Shown in pieces: positions 28,713 to 39,300 of a DNA stretch of 64,000 nucleotides. The DNA is taken from the NCBI GenBank assembly GCA_965242965.1, contig OZ251518.1, positions 384,001-448,000 of the forward strand. Reading direction: 5' to 3'. Position numbers and translations under genes: made by a program. The number at the start of each line of letters is the position of its first letter. The first letter of the stretch is position 1. The DNA comes from Candidatus Poribacteria bacterium. Its GTDB lineage: Bacteria > Poribacteria > WGA-4E > WGA-3G. The notes beneath the pieces were generated by a model. It was not told where the DNA came from. It made no database searches and saw only the letters and a list, made by a program, of their open reading frames with translations.

Positions 28713-28845
28713 ATCTAACAGAGGAACTAGACATGGCATGCAAAATGTTAAAACGCAAAATTTACAATGCTCTCATCTGACAAAACTATTGCTTTTTTTT
28801 CAACGTATGCTATAATGATGTCAATTCACATGCTTAGGGAGAAAA

Positions 28846-29409
28846 ATGAATAAAAATAGACTCATCTTTGGCATCACGCTTCTTTTTGTCGGCGCGCTGA
28901 TTGCGGTGAGCATCAACCGCGCACAGAGTCAAAACGATATGGTGGTGAAGGGAAAATACCTCGTGGATACCGTCGGTGCGTGCGGACAGTGCCACACGCC
29001 GCGCGCGGGCGCAGCATTTGATATGGAGATGTATCTCGCCGGACACCCGGCGAATGCCCCGGCACCGCGCTACGATTTTAGCATGATGCGACAGGGCATC
29101 TTTTTGTTAACGGCTCCGACGATGAGTGCCTTCTCTGGCCCCTTCGGGACGAGTTTCGCCTCGAATCTGACACCGGATAATGAGACAGGACTCGGAGAAT
29201 GGACAGAGGCGATGTTCATCGGCGCGATACGCACTGGGCATCATCAAGGCGAGGAGAGCAATCGGAAGATTCTGCCGCCGATGCCGACGAAGCATTACGC
29301 GGAAATGTCGGACACAGATCTGAAGGCGATTTGGGCGTATCTCCGCACGGTGAAACCTGTGAAAAACGAGGTGAGCCCCGCGCTCAATCAGCGAGGGCGG
29401 CCGTATTAA
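28846..29409 (+). CDS. Secreted mono-heme cytochrome c
   Basis: Signal peptide, GKYLV..CGQCHTPR, ASNLTPD.ETGLGEWT, PPMP; TTGCTT/TATAAT promoter at 28789-28816. Confidence 0.85.
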   Translation: MNKNRLIFGITLLFVGALIAVSINRAQSQNDMVVKGKYLVDTVGACGQCHTPRAGAAFDMEMYLAGHPANAPAPRYDFSMMRQGIFLLTAPTMSAFSGPFGTSFASNLTPDNETGLGEWTEAMFIGAIRTGHHQGEESNRKILPPMPTKHYAEMSDTDLKAIWAYLRTVKPVKNEVSPALNQRGRPY

Positions 29410-29438
29410 ACCCGCGCTATTAAATTGGGAGAATCTTT

Positions 29439-30499
29439 ATGACATCAACAAACGGGACGGCGCGCATCGCCGTTGTCGGCATGGGTATCGGCCGGCCGAA
29501 CGGTGCTGCGCTTGCACGAAACCCACGCGGACAGGTAGTTGCCCTCTGCGACTTGGTTGAAAACGGATGCAAGCCTTCGCCGCCGATTTGCCGGACGAAG
29601 TCACCTTTTATACCGATTACAAGCAGATGTGCAAGGCGGACGACATTGACGCTGTCTTCGTGGGCACGCCGAATCAGTGGCACGTGCCGATTGCGTTGGA
29701 GGCGGTGCGCAACGGCAAGCACGTCATGGTAACAAAACCGCTCGCGGATTCGGAAGAAGCGGCGCAACAGTTGGTAACCGCAGCGGAAGCGGCGGGGGTT
29801 GTCAACATGATGTCCCTCTCCACCCGCTTCGGTGACAGCTGCCAATATCTCGGTAACCTTGCGCGCGGTGACTACTTCGGCGAGCTCTACTATGCTCGTG
29901 CGCGCAGCGTCCGTCGGAACGGCATCCCGGCTTGGAACCTCGGTTTCATTCAGCAGGGAGGCGGTGCATTCCGCGATATGGGTGTGCATGTGCTTGATGC
30001 AGTCTGGTGGCTCTTGGGATTGCCGAAGCCGGTTGCGGTGCTCGGTGCCGCTGGCGCGAAGTTTGGCCCGCGCGGACGCGGCTATTGGAACCGCACCCGG
30101 CCCCCGAAAGAGACTTACGAGCAATACGCGGCGGATGACTACGCCGGTGGGTTTATCACTTTTGAGAACGGACTCGGTTTGCAAGTCGAAAGTTTTTGGG
30201 CATCGCACCAACCGGACGAATTTCAGATAGAGTTGTTTGGCACGGAGGCGGGGGCGACGCTAAGTCCGCTACGCCTTTTCCGTACGGACGATGAGGGCAT
30301 CTCCGAGGATATCAACGTGAATCTGCCGCCAGGGAAATATAAAGAGGCGTGGGATGCCATCGCTGCGCATTTCATTGAATGCATCCTTGACGGTGTAACG
30401 TGCAAGGCTCCCCTCCGCCATGGGCTGATTGTCCAGCAGATGATGGAAGGTCTGCTTAAAAGTGCGGAGACTGGGCGCGAAGTTCAACTTGACGTTTGA
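29439..30499 (+). pseudogene. Gfo/Idh/MocA oxidoreductase split by a 1-bp frameshift (real lesion or sequencing error)
   Basis: Rossmann N-terminus in ORF 29439 continues in another frame (ORF 29567) across the A4 run at 29560-29563. Confidence 0.7.
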
Positions 30500-30533
30500 T
30501 GCCCCTGCAATTCGCGAGCAGTCCGTTAAGACT

Positions 30534-31013
30534 GAGGGTGTTTCATATCGCGATGCACACCTGTAGGAGAGACCTCCCGGTCTCGATGCCGCCCAGTAGG
30601 AGAGCCCTCTGGTCTCGATGTTCCCGTAGCGCGGGAGCCCTCGGATGCCATCCGCGCATCCGAGCGGGTTTCCCCCGCGAGCACCATCGTCAAGATCTGG
30701 TCTCAATGTTCCCGTAGCGCGGGGGCCCTCGGATGCCATCCGCGCATCCGAGCGGGTTTCCCCCGCGAGCACCATCGTCAAGATGCTGTCTTAGGTCCTT
30801 TAGGTCCTACATGTCTATAGAAAAACGTGTCGGCCCTAGTCAAGGTCCTTTAGGTCCTTAATAACACACGCGCGGCCCTGGTAAAATCTATTAAGGACCT
30901 AAAGGACCTTAGCGTTCTTCGCGGGTGCGCGTGCTATAGACATTAAGGACCTAAAGGACCTAAAAGACGTTTTTTTCATCGTATTTGACAACAACGAGTT
31001 ATGAAACACCCTC
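30534..31013. mobile_element. TIR-bounded REP-mosaic element, copy 5 (480 bp) with 9-bp TSD
   Basis: TIRs present; GTTAAGACT at 30525-30533 and 31014-31022. Confidence 0.9.
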
Positions 31014-31039
31014 GTTAAGACTGCAATGTTTAGAGAGGC

Positions 31040-31759
31040 GTGACAATGCATCTGGATATACCAACGCTTTGCAATAGTTTTGCCGAGACAGGGTTCGCCA
31101 TCGTGCCGAATCTGTTCACGCGAACCGAAGTCCAACGGCTGAAATCGGAGTGTGTTGACATTCTGGCGGCAGTCCAAGCAGATACGGGTGTGGAGAACGC
31201 TGCTGGACACGGCGTTTTCGTCGGTTTGGCTGCACGGAGTCCTGTCTTTCAAGAGGCAGTCGGCGATGCGCGATTGCTTGCTATTTTAGCGGAAATTCTC
31301 GCGCCGGATATTGAATTCTTGAGCGATAAATTCGTCTTCAAGAGCGCGTCCACGGACTTCGCGAGCCCGTGGCACCAAGATTGGCCCTATTGGCACGGCG
31401 CGCATAAAGTTTCTATCTGGGTTGCCCTTGACGATGCCACCGTGGAGAACGGCTGCCTCAAATTGTTCCCAGGTTCTCATAAATCCGCCATTATCCACGA
31501 TGGTGATGCGAGTGATGGGCACGGGTTCGGCAATCGCCTTCGTTCCGATGCGGTGGATGAAACGCAAGCGGTGACAGCGGAATTGGAGGCTGGCGGTGCT
31601 GTTTTCTTCCACGATTTGACGCTTCACGCCAGCCATCCGAACCGTTCCGGCGCTGAACGCTGGGTATGGATTCCCACCTATCGGGATGCAAACGCCGAGG
31701 ATAACGATTATCCGTGGGCAGTCGCCGCGAAAGTTGTCCGCGGCGAAAAACGAATCTGA
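31040..31759 (+). CDS. PhyH-family dioxygenase
   Basis: WHQD, WVALDDAT.ENGCL..PGSH, LHAS.PN motifs. Confidence 0.9.
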   Translation: MTMHLDIPTLCNSFAETGFAIVPNLFTRTEVQRLKSECVDILAAVQADTGVENAAGHGVFVGLAARSPVFQEAVGDARLLAILAEILAPDIEFLSDKFVFKSASTDFASPWHQDWPYWHGAHKVSIWVALDDATVENGCLKLFPGSHKSAIIHDGDASDGHGFGNRLRSDAVDETQAVTAELEAGGAVFFHDLTLHASHPNRSGAERWVWIPTYRDANAEDNDYPWAVAAKVVRGEKRI

Positions 31760-31771
31760 AGAGAAGGAGAT

Positions 31772-32629
31772 ATGATGTTTAAAAATCTGAGTACCGGTGC
31801 TATTGGCATCCGGGCGAACATGCAAGAAGGCCTCGCATTAGCGAATGCCGCGGGGTTTGAAGGACTTGACCTGGGTATTGACGAGGCGAGCCAACTCGCG
31901 CAAGAACATTCTGTCCAATTTGTCAAAGAACTCTGGGCAGAAGCCGGCATCAAAATGGGCGGCTGGGGCTTCGGCGTGAATTGGCGCGGTGCCGATGCTG
32001 ACTATTACGCCGGGTTAGCGCAGTTGCCGGCGCGTGCAGAACTCGCCGCCAAACTAGGCTGCTACCGCACGACTACCGTCGTCGGGCCCGCCTCAAACGA
32101 TATGACGTATCAGGAGAATTGGGATTTCTCTGTCAAGCGGCTCCGTCCTGTCGCCGAGATTCTCAAGGAATATGGGCATTCGCTTGGACTTGAGTTCATC
32201 GGCCCGGCGACGAGTCGGAAGGCAGCCAAGCACCTGTTTGCTTATTCAATGGATGCGATGTTAGGGCTCGCCGCCGCAGTCGGCACGGGCAACGTCGGCT
32301 TGTTGTTTGATACATGGCACTGGTATACCTGCCGTTCCACGATTGACGATGTCCGGAAGTTGTCCCTCGCCGATGTTGTCTATGTGCATATCAACGACGC
32401 GCCTGCAGGCATTGACGCTGACGAGCAGATCGATAATATCCGGTGCCTCCCCGCTGAAACCGGTGTGATTCCACTCACTGAATTGATGCATGTCTTGACT
32501 GACATCGGTTATGAAGGACCGGTTACGCCGGAACCCTTCAGCAAAACGGTGAACGCGATGGAACCGGTAGACGCGGCGAAAGCCACGGGGGCATCGCTGG
32601 ATAAGGTATGGGAAAACGCGGGGTTGTAG
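31772..32629 (+). CDS. Sugar phosphate isomerase/epimerase (xylose isomerase-like TIM barrel)
   Basis: GLEF, LFDTWH, VHIND, GYEGPVTPE motifs. Confidence 0.85.
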   Translation: MMFKNLSTGAIGIRANMQEGLALANAAGFEGLDLGIDEASQLAQEHSVQFVKELWAEAGIKMGGWGFGVNWRGADADYYAGLAQLPARAELAAKLGCYRTTTVVGPASNDMTYQENWDFSVKRLRPVAEILKEYGHSLGLEFIGPATSRKAAKHLFAYSMDAMLGLAAAVGTGNVGLLFDTWHWYTCRSTIDDVRKLSLADVVYVHINDAPAGIDADEQIDNIRCLPAETGVIPLTELMHVLTDIGYEGPVTPEPFSKTVNAMEPVDAAKATGASLDKVWENAGL

Positions 32630-32654
32630 GTGACGAAATAGGGGATCTTTGTAA

Positions 32655-33045
32655 GAGGGTGTTTCATAACTCCGTTTCGGTATTTATTCCATCTTGGGGG
32701 CGGGCGAAAACTGAGCCCTCTTGGTAGGCGAGACCGGAAGGGTTCTCCTACCGGAAGGTGTCGGACCCACCTCTGTAGTTCGGGAGCGCGATGCGCCTGC
32801 CTCAGCACAGATTGCGGAGGTTGATGTCGGGCCCACCTCTGTAGTTCGGGAGCGCCTGCTCCCGAACGGGTCAGGATCAGGCGATCCTGACCTACAGAGC
32901 CTGGCGATCGCAGCATGGCGAGGGACAGGCCCTCGCCCTACGTGAAGGGACGGCGTTTTTTATCGTAGCGCGGGAGCCCTCGGATGCCACACGCGCATGG
33001 CGAGAGGGTCCCCCCCCGACGTTGAGCGATTTATGAAACACTATC
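32655..33045. mobile_element. TIR-bounded REP-mosaic element, copy 6 (391 bp)
   Basis: GAGGGTGTTTCATAA / TTATGAAACACTATC. Confidence 0.8.
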
Positions 33046-33109
33046 AACGTAGATATCGGATTACGGAGAGAGACGTTCTTGCACGAGAAACGCGTGCGAA
33101 ATAACAAAA

Positions 33110-33913
33110 ATGCAACTTATCAACAAAGAAAACATCCTCGCGATGACAGACAAGTGGGAAGGCGAGAGATTTCCCGATGGCCGCCCGCGGGTTTCAGATG
33201 ATATTCTCCAACGGATGAAGGCGATTAGTATTGAACAGGCGTGGGGTGTCCTCCACGGCAGCGGTTATCGGTTTCAGTTTGCTGGCGATTGGTGGAATCT
33301 TCACCCGGAGCGCGTTCTCGTCGGGAGAGCGGTGACGTGCGCCTTCGTGCCTGTCCGTCCTGATTTCAACGATGCCGTTTCGGCGCAGGGAGAAAAAGAG
33401 GGACGCGTCGGTGGACAAAATTCGTGGGTAATCGATACGCTGGTTCAAGACGATGTCATCGTCGTAGATCTGTTCGGCAAAGTCAAAGATGGCACGTTTG
33501 CCGGTGATAACCTCGGCAACTCCATCTACGCCAAAACCGGCACCGGGATGGTAATTGATGGCGGCATCCGTGATTTAGACGGCATCTATGAATTGCCGGA
33601 CTTCGCAACCTTCGTTCGGGGTGTAGATCCGACTGGAATTGCGGATGTCACGTTGACAGGGATTAACACGCCGATTCGCATTGGGGAAGCGACTGTTTTG
33701 CCGGGCGATGTGGTGCTAGGCAGGCGTGGTGGTGTCATCTTTATTCCGCCGCACTTCGCGCAGCAGGTAGTTGAACGCGGCGAGGAGGTGCATCTCCGCG
33801 ACCGGTTTGGGCATCAACGTCTGCGGGAAGGCAAATATACGCCCGGCGAGATAGATAGGAAATGGACAGAAGAGATTGAGGCGGACTTCGCGCAGTGGCA
33901 GGAAAACCAATGA
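33110..33913 (+). CDS. RraA/HMG-aldolase family protein
   Basis: LVGRAVT, GDNL, VIDGGIRD, VLPGDVVLG..GVIFIP motifs. Confidence 0.85.
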   Translation: MQLINKENILAMTDKWEGERFPDGRPRVSDDILQRMKAISIEQAWGVLHGSGYRFQFAGDWWNLHPERVLVGRAVTCAFVPVRPDFNDAVSAQGEKEGRVGGQNSWVIDTLVQDDVIVVDLFGKVKDGTFAGDNLGNSIYAKTGTGMVIDGGIRDLDGIYELPDFATFVRGVDPTGIADVTLTGINTPIRIGEATVLPGDVVLGRRGGVIFIPPHFAQQVVERGEEVHLRDRFGHQRLREGKYTPGEIDRKWTEEIEADFAQWQENQ

Positions 33914-35625
33914 CAGACACACTCCAATCCGAAATTCACGCTATTTTACAGGGCGCGATACGAGATGCTATTGCGGCGGGAGAACTCTCTATCGCTGAGG
34001 TGCCAGAAATCCTGTTTTCGCCGACGAAAACGCCGGAACACGGCGATTTTGCTACGCCGGTTGCGTTGGGGTTGGCGAAACAGGCAAAAATGCCGCCTCG
34101 CAAGATTGCCGAGACGATTGTCGCGCGCGTTAACGTGGCGGCGCATCCGCATATCCGCGAGATTGACATCGCCGGGCCGGGGTTTATTAACATCCATCTT
34201 TCGGATGCGTGGCTTTATGAGACGCTTCGCACGATTGTCGCCGAAGGAGATACTTACGGCACCTGCAGCGAAGGTGCCGGGCAGCGCGTCCAAGTTGAGT
34301 TTGTCAGCGCGAATCCAACGGGACCGCTGAATATTGTGAGCGGGCGCGCTGCCGCTGTAGGCGATACCCTCGTCAATCTGCTCAACGCTGTCGGCTACGA
34401 TGCCATCCGTGAGTTCTACGTCAACGATGCAGGTGGACAAGTGGAACGGCTCGGTGAATCGATAGACATCCGCTACCGGCAGGCGTTGGGGGAAACAGGA
34501 CTGGAAATTCCCGAAGGCGGTTACGAGGGCGAATACCTGCGGGATTTCGCGCAGGATGTCGTCAAGGCGGCGGGTGACACGCACCTGCAGCTTGAGACAA
34601 CCGAACGGGTATCCCTCTTCCGCGACAGGGGCATTGCGCACATCCGCGCGCAACAAGAGGCATCCTTGGAACGCTTCGGCGTTCAGTTTGATGTCTGGAC
34701 AAGCGAGAAGGCAATCCGCGCAAGTGGAAAACCGGCGGAGATTCTCCAACTCTTTCGCGACAAGCAGTATCTCTATGAAGCGGAAGACGCAACGTGGTTT
34801 CGGATGTCTGACTTCGGGGACGATAAGGATTGCGTTGTCATCCGTCGCGATGGGGAATGCACCTATTTCGTGCCGGACGCGGCTTATCATCGCGATAAGT
34901 TTGACCGGGGATTCAATAAAGTCATCAACTTTTTTGGGCCGGACCATCAGGGGCACGTCAGTCGTCTCTACAACTTCGTGAAGGCACTCGGTTTGCCGGA
35001 TGACTGGCTGGAGATTGCTATTATCCAACAGGTGAATCTCGTTGATGACGAGGGACAGCGGTTGGATATGTCAAAACGGCGCGGGAAGTTCTACACGCTA
35101 GATGTGCTACTTGACGAGCTCGCGGCGGCGATTGGGGAACGGTTCGCGGTGGATGTCGCGCGCTATTTCTACCTGATGCGCGCCAATAACACGCACCTTG
35201 ATTTCAATCTGGAGTTGGCGGTTAGAGAGGCGAATGAAAATCCTGTCTTCTACATTCAGTATGCCTTTGCGCGGTGCTGGAGTATTTTCCAAAAGACTGC
35301 CGAGCATGGGATTACGCCGCTGCCTATTGACAAGGTTTCTTTGGAGTTGCTGACAGAACCGATGGCGCATGCGTTAATTCGGAAGTTGTCGGAATTTCCG
35401 GCATTGGTGCTTTTCAGTGCGGAGTCGCGCGAGGTGCATCGCATCGCGCACTATTTGCATGAGTTGGCGGGGTTATTCCATCCCTACTATAATCAGCATC
35501 GGGTGCTGGATGCCGAGCATCAGGAACGGACGCAGGCGCGGCTTGTCTTGACGCAGGCGGTGCAGACGGTGTTGAAAAACGGGCTGGCATTGTTGGGGAT
35601 TTCCGCGCTGGAAAAACGGATGTAA
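33910..35625 (+). CDS. argS: Arginine--tRNA ligase
   Basis: HGDFAT, AGPGFIN, VEFVSANPTGPL, YVNDAG, MSKRRG, NPVFYIQYA.AR; ATGA overlap with the upstream gene. Confidence 0.95.
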   Translation: MTDTLQSEIHAILQGAIRDAIAAGELSIAEVPEILFSPTKTPEHGDFATPVALGLAKQAKMPPRKIAETIVARVNVAAHPHIREIDIAGPGFINIHLSDAWLYETLRTIVAEGDTYGTCSEGAGQRVQVEFVSANPTGPLNIVSGRAAAVGDTLVNLLNAVGYDAIREFYVNDAGGQVERLGESIDIRYRQALGETGLEIPEGGYEGEYLRDFAQDVVKAAGDTHLQLETTERVSLFRDRGIAHIRAQQEASLERFGVQFDVWTSEKAIRASGKPAEILQLFRDKQYLYEAEDATWFRMSDFGDDKDCVVIRRDGECTYFVPDAAYHRDKFDRGFNKVINFFGPDHQGHVSRLYNFVKALGLPDDWLEIAIIQQVNLVDDEGQRLDMSKRRGKFYTLDVLLDELAAAIGERFAVDVARYFYLMRANNTHLDFNLELAVREANENPVFYIQYAFARCWSIFQKTAEHGITPLPIDKVSLELLTEPMAHALIRKLSEFPALVLFSAESREVHRIAHYLHELAGLFHPYYNQHRVLDAEHQERTQARLVLTQAVQTVLKNGLALLGISALEKRM

Positions 35626-35630
35626 GCTGT

Positions 35631-36291
35631 GGGGGGGCATAAATGGTTCAACGTCGCGGGGGACAGGCCCCCGCGCTACGGTTAAAAAAACGCCGCCCCA
35701 TCCCGTAGGGCTTGGGCCCTCGCATGCCATACGCGCATGCGAGAGGGTTTCCCTCGCCATGCGTTTTGGTGTCAGAGCGCCTCACCCCTGTAGTTCAGGA
35801 GCGCCTGCTCCTGACCCGTTCGGGAGCGGGCGCTCCCGAACTACAGAGGGGGAAACCCTCATCGTAACGATGGAGATCGCGGGGGACAGGCCCCCGCGCT
35901 ACGGTAGGTGGGGCGTGCGCTCATCACGTCTGTAGGTCAGGAGCGCCTGCTCCTGACCCGTTCGGGAGCGGGTGCTCCCGAACTACAGAGGGGGAAACCC
36001 TCATCGTAACGATGGAGATCGCGGGGGACAGGCCCCCGCGCTACGGTAGGTGGGGCGTGCGCTCATCACGTCTGTAGGCAGGAGCACCTGCTCCTGACCC
36101 GTTCGGGAGCGGGTGCTCCCGAACTACAGAAGGGGAAACCCTCATCGTGACGATGGCGATCGCGGGGGACAGGCCCCCGCGCTACGGTAGGTGGGGCGTG
36201 CGCTCATCACGTCTGTAGTTCAGGAGCGCCTGCTCCTGACCCGTTCGGGAGCAGGCGCTCCCGAACTACAGAAGGGGAAACACTCATCATC
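35631..36291. repeat. REP mosaic including about 3.5 tandem copies of a 142-bp unit
   Basis: Unit starts at 35788, 35930, 36072, 36213; degenerate left TIR near 35631. Confidence 0.85.
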
Positions 36292-36303
36292 CTGATTTTA
36301 AAC

Positions 36304-36333
36304 TTGCAATGCATTGCGAATTTAAGGTATAAT
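36304..36333 (+). promoter_or_regulatory. Sigma70 promoter, probably giving a leaderless mRNA
   Basis: TTGCAA-18 nt-TATAAT with ATG 6 nt downstream and no Shine-Dalgarno. Confidence 0.55.
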
Positions 36334-36339
36334 CACATT

Positions 36340-39300
36340 ATGACAACACTTAACCTGAAACCAACTCACAAAGCGATAACCGCCTATTATGCCGCACTCA
36401 ACAGGTATCAACAGCACGGGGTAACCCACGAAACCGCCGTGCGCGCCGCCTTTCAAGCACTCCTCGAAGCCTGCACGCGACAACTTGACTGGACGCTGAT
36501 TTGTGAACAGACACTACGCCTCCCCGATAGAAATCCTATCCGCCTCGATGGCGCGCTGCTCGACGAACATAGTTTGCCCCGCGGCACCTGGGAGGCAAAA
36601 GGCGTTAAAGGAGCTCTCCGCGCCGAAATCAATAAGAAATTCGACGCAGGCTATCCCCAGGACAACATCCTCTTCCAAACACCGGAACGCGCCATTCTCT
36701 ATCAAAACGGACGCGAAGTGATGGACGCAGACATCACCGCACCGGAAACGCTTGTCACGGTGTTGCAGACGTTCTTTGCCTACGAGCGCGCGAACGCCGC
36801 CGAATGGCGCGCCGCCGTCGCACGCTTCAAAGAACTTGTCCCCGAACTCGGGGCGGAGGCGGCGAACCTTATCCAAACGCAGCACGAAACAAACGCGCAA
36901 TTCCGCGCCGATTTCACCGCGTTTCACGAACTCTGCAAAACCGCCATCAACCCGAATCTCTCGGCGGCGGCTGTCCAAGAGATGCTCGTCCAACATCTTC
37001 TCACCGAACGGATGTTCCGCACTGTCTTCGAGGATCCGGATTTCGCCCACCGCAATATCATCGCCCGCGAAATTGAAAAAGTCCTCAAGGGAACACTGGC
37101 GAACTTCCTCAACCGCGGCCAACTGCTCCAAAAACTCACGCCGTTCTATCGCGAAATCGAACGCGAGGCAGCTACACTCGTCGATTTCTCGCAGAAACAG
37201 CACTTCCTCAACACCGTTTACGAGCAGTTCTTCCAAGGCTTCTCCGTGAAGCAGGCGGATACGCACGGCATCGTTTACACCCCGCAGCCTATCGTCGATT
37301 TTATGGCGAACAGCGTCCAGCATATCCTCCAAACCGAATTCGACCACGCGCTGGCAGATGAAGGCGTTCACATCATCGATGCGTTCGTCGGCACCGGCAA
37401 CTTCATCGTCCGACTCATGCGCGACATCCCCAAGACGAAACTGGAGGCGAAATACCGAAACGAACTCTGGTGCAACGAAGTGCTGTTATTGCCTTATTAC
37501 ATCGCCACGCTCAACATCGAGCACGAATTCTACGCCGCCACCGGCACCTATCTGCCGTTTGAAGGCATCTCCCTCGTGGATACGTTCGAGTTAGCGGAAG
37601 ACCGGCAGTTGTCGCTCTTAACCGCTGAAAACACGGCGCGTGTGGCGAAGCAGCAAGCCTCGCCGATGTTCGTCGTCATCGGAAATCCGCCCTATAACGC
37701 CGGGCAAATCAACGAAAACGATAACAACAAAAATCGGAATTATCCGACGCTGGAGGCGCGCGTGCGAGAAACCTATGCGAAAGACTCCACCGCAACGCTC
37801 AAAAATTCGCTCTATGACACTTACGTCAAGGCACTTCGTTGGGCTTCCGATAGGATTGGCAAACAGGGGATCGTCGCGCTCGTCACGAATAACAGTTTTC
37901 TTAGCGGCACCTCGTTTGATGGCATGCGGAAACACCTCGCTGAAGACTTTGATGCCATCTATGTCGTCGATTTGGGCGGCAATGCGCGGCGTGATAAACT
38001 TGTCGCTGATGCAAGCGTTTTTGGTATCCGCGTCGGGGTGAGTATTAATTTTTTCGTGAAAAACCCTTCCCGGCGATCGCGGGGGACAGGCCCCCGCGCT
38101 ACGGTGCCTTCCGGTCTCGATGGGATCGCGGGGGACAGGCCCCCGCGCTACGGTAACGGGGAAAATTCCGCGCGCATCTTCTATTACCGCACCGATGACG
38201 CGTGGAACAAACACCAGAAATTCGATTTCTTGACGCAAACTGAACACGTTGGGAATGTGGACTGGCAAACGCTAGAACCCGATGCACGAAATACCTGGCT
38301 CACCGAAGGACTCAACCCTGAATTTTTGACGTTCATGCCGATAGGGAGCAAAACGGCAAAACGGGAAAAAAAGGAGCCCGCCGGGGTGATATTCCACCAG
38401 TTCAGCAACGGTTTGAAAACAAACCGGGATGCATGGGCTTACAACTTCAACCGCGATGCGCTCGCTGAAAACATGCAGCGCATGATAGGTGCCTATAACG
38501 CGCAGGTCTCCCAGTGGCGCGATAGGGACGACAACGCGGAGATAAGTGTTGACGATTTTGTCGATGCCGACTTGCGGAAAATCAAATGGAGTGGCGATTT
38601 GAAAACCGCTCTCAAAAAAGGGGTTTTCGCGGCGTTTTCCAATGAAAAATTGCGAACGTCTCTCTACCGTCCTTTCACCCGTTCTTTTCTGTTCTTCGAC
38701 CGGCTCATGAATAACGGCACCTTTCTTCAGCCCTATATCTTCCCTACGCCGGAGACAGAAAAGGAAAATCTCGTTCTCTCTGCCGCGGGAACTGGGCATC
38801 GGACGGGATTTGGCTGTCTCGTCTCAAACGTCATTCCCAATGTAGATCTTGCCTATGAAAAAGGGCAGTGCTTCCCGTTCTACTTTTACGATGAAGATGG
38901 CACTAACCGCCGAGAAAACATCACCGATTGGGCATTGGAAAACTTCCGCAAGCACTATGGCGACGATACCATCACGAAATGGAACATTTTCCACTACACC
39001 TACGGTATCTTGCATCATCCTGCGTATCGCGAACGTTACGCCGCTGATCTCAAGCGCGATTTACCGCATATCCCCTACGCCGACGATTTCTGGGCATTTG
39101 CAAACGCCGGCGCACGGTTAGCGGAACTTCATGTCAACTACGAGGCGCAGCCGGAGTATCCGCTCACGTTTGTCGAAGATGCGACGCGGCAGTTGGATTT
39201 CCGCGTGGAAAAAATGAGGTTGTCCAAGGACAAGACCTCGCTTATCTATAACGAGTTTCTGACGTTGGAGGGGATTCCTGCGGCGGTGTTTTCGTATCGC

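Noticed and set aside
35788-36291. Possible CRISPR array (also 42362-42494 and 53562-53684)
   Set aside because: Sequences between the repeats are identical or too short rather than unique spacers, the repeats are the dispersed REP families, and no cas genes are present.
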